Assembly: GCA_054600435.1 (NCBI GenBank)
Contig: BAAIJX010000007.1
Span: 682,001 to 721,578 of the forward strand
Direction: 5' to 3'
DNA: 39,578 bases
From: Neophaeotheca triangularis
Taxonomy: Eukaryota
Shown: in pieces, positions 34,418 through 39,578 of the stretch
Layout: each line of letters opens with the position of its first letter
How positions within the stretch are numbered: the first letter of the stretch is position 1
The notes under the pieces: generated by a model
The model's database searches: none
The model's input: only the letters and a program-made list of their open reading frames with translations
What the model was told of the DNA's origin: nothing
Made by a program: the position numbers and the translations under genes

Positions 34418-36853
34418 TCATCTCAAAGCCAAAGCGTTCCTCGTCTTCTTCGCCAAAAACGGACTGGGCATCTCCTCGCCGTCCTTTTCGGGACACCATT
34501 TCGCCGGGCTGGGGAGCATGGTGGGCTTGTTGGCAAAGCCGCCTTCGCCCTCAGAATCTGCGCCATTGCGCGCCTGCTGCAATTCGAGGAGGCTGCGACC
34601 CTGGACTTGCAAGTTGTTGCGGTGGGCTTGACGCGCGAGCCCGCCGTCTTTCTTCATCAAACCCGCTGCGCTGCTGGTTGTAGTGGGTGGCGGAGGCGCT
34701 TTGCGCGAAGGCGAGAGGGCGACGGGGTCCGGACGCTTGCGCGTTGGTGATGCTCGAACGACTGGGACATTCGAGGCATGCGACGAGGGTGGTCGGTTTT
34801 CCTTTTGCGCGACTGGCGATCTCCTGCCATTCAGGCCGGTGGCGCGACCCTGCGCCTGCGGCATCTGGATTGGCATTGTCTTCTGCCTGCCTAAGCTTGG
34901 TCTGCTCCGAGGCTTTGGTCCGCTAGCTGAGGGCGCAGCGAGAGCCTTGAACGGATCGCCCCCAGCACCCGCGTTGTTGGACAATCCGCTGGCTGGCCTA
35001 GAAGGGGACTCGTTGAGTTCATCGTCGTCGTCTATGTCATCGGCAAACCTTCCCTCGCCCGCTTCCTCATCGGGTGGCGGCAAGCTGGTTGCGGTCGCAA
35101 AGATGTTCCTCCTAGGCTGTTGCATCTGGATGCCATTACTCTGCCTCGTCTTGCCATCATTGCGACGCGGAGATAGCGACAAACCCTTAATGCTCATCGG
35201 GCTTGGGTCCGCCATCTGTACATCCATCGGGCTGTTTGCAACCTTGTCGAAGCCATGGTTGGCCAACGTGCGGGCACGTGTGAAGGGAGTCTTGCCACTC
35301 CTCTTCATGGGCTTGGTGCGCTGAGCGAGGGGCGAGGTTTGATCGCCTGGGTGATCATCCAGCGAAAGCCCTGTCATGTCTGTGAGTTGAGAGTCTTCAC
35401 CCAGCGCTGGCGAAGAAGCAGAGGTCTCGAGGGTCGTGGCGGTTGTTTGCGTCCGGAAGCTCGCAGCTGCGTTACCTTTGGTTGGAGGAGGGGTCGACGA
35501 CCGCGTCTCGGAGCCCTTCTCTTCGCGACTCCCGGTGCGACTGTGCGACTCCATGTTCAGGGTTGCAAGGTGTTCGGCAAGCTTGCTTTGAGCGCGATTT
35601 TCCACCTCGGTCTCGAACTGTCCCATCAGGCTTTCTTTCTCCTTATCGATGGTTTCCCGCACCTTCTGATCAATGACCAGCGTCGCCCGAGTGTGCCATT
35701 CCATTTCGATTTGCTTTCCAACGCCCTGCAGCCTCTTGACCTCGGTCTGCAACTCCGCCACCTGTTTCTGCGCAAGTGTGAGCCTGTAGAGCGCCGCATC
35801 CCTTTCCCTCTCGACCTTGACGATGACATTTGCTTGCTCCAACTTCGCCCTGCCCAACTTGATCCGGCCGACGCTCAAAAGCTGAGCCGTGTCTGGCCTA
35901 TCTCTTGGGTTGACCTTCAAGCACCATGCGATGACATCGTTGAGCTCTTGCGAATATTGGGGAGGCAGCCGAGCGATGCGCCCATCTTTGATCTTCTTGA
36001 TAAGCTCAAAGTGGGTGCGTGCGTTGAAAGGCGGCTCGCGGGAGCAAAGCTCGTATATGATACAGCCTAGCGACCAGATATCGGAATGGTGCGAGTAGCG
36101 CTCAGCTGCGCAAATCTCAGGGGACATGTAAAATGGTGTGCCCACGTAGGTCGAGGCGAAGTCGTGGGAGGCGATGATCTTGGACAGACCGAAGTCGCCA
36201 AGTTTGACCGAGTTGCCCGTCGACAGGAAGACTAAAAGAAGGTTAGGACGCTGGCTCGTTGTCCTGAGCACGAAGAGTACTCACCATTCTCCGGCTTGAG
36301 ATCGCGGTGCAGAATGACAGTATGACCAGTCTTGCTGACAATCGCCCTTCCTTTGCCCAGGTTGCCCTCCATACCTGGCGTGGGAGGATCGTCACCGTAA
36401 TGGCAACGATACAGCGCAGCGACCAGCTGAGCGAATATTGTCCACACAAACTCCTCATCGGCGTACTGGTTCCTATCTTTCAGCTTCTTGATGTACCCGC
36501 CCAAGTCGCCATTGCCACAGTACTCCATGTACAAATGCAGATCGTGTGAATCCTTGAGATGGTTGCGGTGGTAGTACTGGACGATGTTGCCATGCCGAAG
36601 CGATTGAAGGATGCGCAGTTCGGCGTGCAGCTGCTCCCGTTCCTTGTCCGACATGCGCGAATATGATATTTCCTTGCGACACATGATCTGGCCATCTTCG
36701 CGCCGGCGCACTTTGCGGATGATACCGAAGGATCCTTGGCCTAGAGGAAAGATGGTGAGATTGATGTTTTAGGGTTTCAAGCCAGTCTTGATGCAGCGAC
36801 ATACCAATCTTCTCCAACACATCGTACTTGTTTTCCTCAGATTCGGCCACCAT
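34418..36853 (-). CDS. nimA: NIMA-family G2/M Ser/Thr kinase, ~772 aa; exons 36853-36805, 36740-36285, 36231-34418
   Basis: KIGQGSFG, CRKEISY, LYMEYCGNGDL, HRDLKPENVFL, KLGDFGLSK and YVGTPFYMSPE, with a fungal NimA-type insert after RCHYG. Then a coiled coil and an SP-rich tail with a KEN motif and the terminal MPSPFL. Both introns are phase-1 GT-AG. Confidence 0.96.
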
Positions 36854-38267
36854 ATTAGGCTGGCCTGCCTGCGGCGCCATACTGCCCTCTCCTTCGTGTC
36901 TTCTTCCTCGATATTAGGGTTGAGAAAAAGTGTATGCTCGGGACTGTCTGTCGTGATGCCGTTGTATGGTTGTAGCGACTTTGTAGCTGCGTAGTCAAGA
37001 CGATACCATGCTAAGGTATGCCTTGTTCTGTTTGAAGGGGGAGGGAAGAGCAACGAGGGTAAGCTACGAGGTCGAGGATGTAGGTAGTGATGGTGTGTAG
37101 AGAGCAAAGCAGAGCGATTGAGAGCTGTTGCTGCAAGTACAGTACAGTATGCAGAAGACAATAATGGCTCGATATGGACCACTAGTATTCGTTGCTTGGT
37201 GAGCAGGCGCAAGCGTCAAGCGTGAAGCTCCAACTGTTTACAGCGCGGGCAGCTCGCATAGTAACGAGTTGCTAGGCCAGCTGCTTGGGGAACGTAAGTT
37301 GCCTAAGGTAATGTAGGGTAGGTAAGCCGAGCTTTGGCCTTGCAGGTGAGTTTGGCTGCGGCTGGCTGGCTGGGGCACGTGCTGGGGGAGACGGCGGGCA
37401 GTCGGAGAGTCGGAGTCGGTGCCTAAGTGGAGCATGCGGCTCCGCCAGAGCCAGCCACAGGCGCACCGCCTCATTGCGCCACATTTGACTTCCGATATTC
37501 CACCTCACAGACGGCAAGGTCCGCGCCATCTTTGGCATTAGCGGGCTTGGCGTCCTCAGCCCTACTGTATAGTATCAGACTTCACCAAGGCCAGGACGTT
37601 GGCCGGGTAGGGCGGCACATCGCATCTCTTCTCTTATTATTATTATCATTATCTGTCGAACCTGTTTTGCCCGACAAGACCAGCGCCAATGCCACCACCA
37701 TACCAGCGGTGTGCTGAGCCACGCTTGGAGGCATGTGGCTTTGCTAACCTGGCACCATCGTCAATGGCTCTCCCTATCCGCACGACAACCGGACATGCAC
37801 AATAAAGTCTTTTCAGCAAGCGCATGGCAAAAATAGGACAGAGACGCCGAGCAGGGCAACCTCGCTATGCCAGGCCAGGCTCGTACCACTTCGAAGGTTG
37901 GATTGCAGACATGTGCAATGGCGGAAGTACGTAACCAAGGGTCTTGGCTCAAGCAAAAAACTCCCAGCGGCAAAACACGCCGAACTTTCCGCGGCATCGC
38001 GAGGGCGCGACTACGTTATAAAGATAAGGCCCAGCATAAGTATCTTCCCCTTTTTCCGCAATCTTCTTACCTTCTCACTACTCCTACTCCTACTCCACAA
38101 AGACTTTCCACTGCATTCTATCCAAGGCGCAAAGTTGTCGAAGAACACGAACCCGAAAACAGCAGAGGTCGAAACTCGAAACCAAACATCAACTCCAGCC
38201 CTACCCGCAAACCGCTCCTAGCGCGTCATCCCAGCCCAAAACCAACCTCACCTCCAACTCGACCGAA

Positions 38268-38517
38268 ATGTCTTCCTCCAACGGCGATGTCTGCCTCTAC
38301 CTCCTCGCAGTCTTCATCCCGCCGCTCTCGGTCGTCCTCAAGGCCGGTTGCGCCGCCGACTTCCTCATCAACATTTGTTTGACCATGTAGGTTGCCGCGC
38401 AACATCTTCAGCTCTTATGTTCCGCCTTACTGACAGTACCTTAGTCTCGGATGGATCCCAGGTGTCATCCACGCCTGGTATGTTATTGCCAAAGGCGACC
38501 CTGCTAGAGCGGAGTGA
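38268..38517 (+). CDS. PMP3: Pmp3/RCI2 (UPF0057) plasma-membrane proteolipid, 63 aa; exons 38268-38386, 38445-38517 (absent from the ORF track)
   Basis: The spliced product MSSSNGDVCLYLLAVFIPPLSVVLKAGCAADFLINICLTILGWIPGVIHAWYVIAKGDPARAE matches the family signature. Intron GTAGGT..CTGAC..TAG. TATAAA at 38017-38022. Confidence 0.93.
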
Positions 38518-39135
38518 TCCCCCGATGCCTTCTTTCCTCAGAGGAAAACAAACCAAAGCTTGATAGCTCGCTTGCATCTACGGGCAATCCTCGTGTTGCG
38601 GAAGCTTGCTAGGCCTGTAGAGGCGGGGGAAGATGCAATGGCATGGTTAGCCGGCGCAGAGACGATGTAAGAGTCGCGGAGATACGAAGGAGGATCAGGA
38701 AAAAATCGTCCCAAGCGGGATGTGTTGGATAATGGTCTAATCGCGAAGGGTTCAGCCGGTCTGACCCCCGGGGAGTTTTCTGGATACCCATATCGCTAGC
38801 AGCCATTTTAATCAAAGTTCACCAAAGCATACGCCTCTCACAGCACCATGCAACCCAAAACAGGTAAGGATGATGAACATTACGAACGAAGTCGTTGACG
38901 TTCTCGCTGCACTTAGCGGTGTCGCAGACGCAGATTCACGCCCAACACATGTTCCGAGTGTTGACAACGCATTTCTACCCATCGCCCACAAAACTGTGCT
39001 CCGCTCCCACGCAACCACCAACTCACATCCAACCTCTCAAGAAGCAGAACAACTACCTCAGCAAAGTGCAAAACCCCCAAGCCAGCTTAAATCAATAATC
39101 ACCACAACACCACCGCCCGAAAAAGACAAGGAGAC

Positions 39136-39434
39136 ATGGCGTTCCTCCTCGCCCTCCCAGCCAACTGGATCATGCTTCAGACCCTCAAAGCCGTGGGCTT
39201 CGGCGCTCTCGGACCAATTGCCGGTGCGAAGCCAGCTCAAGACCCGCTCCTTCTTTGGTTTACTAACAATTCCAAAGCGGTCTCGCAGCCCAGTGGCAGG
39301 CCGTTTTTGGCATCAATGCGCCTTTTGCCTTCCTTCAGGGTGCTGCGATGGGAGGGCGGGCGGCGGCCGTGCTTGAGGGTCTTGTTCAAGTAGTTTTGGG
39401 GGCTGGGGTTGTTGCTGGGGGCCCGATGAGTTGA
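39136..39434 (+). pseudogene. IFI27/ISG12 (Ifi-6-16)-like small Gly/Ala-rich membrane protein gene, ~81 aa, one base out of frame at the splice junction (pseudogene or sequence error)
   Basis: Exon 1 (39136-39223) ends AVGFGALGPIA. After intron GTGCGA..CTAAC..AAG(39277), a different frame reads GLAAQWQAVFGINAPFAFLQGAAMGG...*, which completes the family motif. The exons sum to 245 nt, one short of 246. Confidence 0.65.
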
Positions 39435-39474
39435 CGTGGGTGGCGGGAGCGTGGACAGAGGGAAAGGCATGGTT

Positions 39475-39578
39475 GGGGGGGGGGGGGGGGGGGGGCCCAG
39501 GAAAATTAAAAGATTTTTAAACCATTTATTTATATATACCCCAACAGTTACCCCGGCCAGGGGGGCACGGGTTTAATT
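39475..39578. other. Poly-G run followed by an AT-rich low-complexity tail, possibly low-quality contig-end sequence
   Basis: G20 run at 39475-39494, then homopolymer-rich sequence unlike the rest of the window. Confidence 0.45.

Noticed and set aside
38870..39376. 168-aa ORF near the window end
   Set aside because: No motif. It overlaps the better-supported IFI27-like gene in another frame.
39475..39578. Possible telomere or transposon end
   Set aside because: No TTAGGG repeats and no TIR/LTR partner in the window. It looks like low-quality terminal sequence.

Overview
A eukaryotic window from a filamentous ascomycete (Pezizomycotina; Dothideomycete-like by impression only), with short GT-AG introns and CTRAC/CTAAY branch sites. 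I can support 13 complete or partial protein genes. They are the 3' end of an SDR, a Rab escort protein (Mrs6/REP), Ipi1, a Roadblock/LC7 protein, a peroxisomal Prx5-type peroxiredoxin (SKL), a ~1006-aa tail-anchored unknown, a 307-aa orphan, malate synthase (AKL), a ~1042-aa Pro/Ser-rich unknown, Sen1 helicase, a ~200-aa secreted protein, an ankyrin-BTB protein and NimA kinase. There is also a Pmp3 proteolipid gene and an IFI27/ISG12-like gene that is one base out of frame. The best non-obvious signal is a box C/D snoRNA inside REP intron 2, whose guide matches the LSU rRNA site of snR62/U34. Also notable are a 34-bp-periodic palindromic array with a perfect 32-bp inverted repeat upstream of SEN1, a tandem ~110-aa domain in the tail-anchored protein, and three diverged 76-bp units in a microsatellite-rich spacer. 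I found no transposase, tRNA, rRNA or CRISPR, and cannot claim a wholly new multi-gene system. All exon boundaries were read by eye, and family assignments come from motif recall, not database searches.
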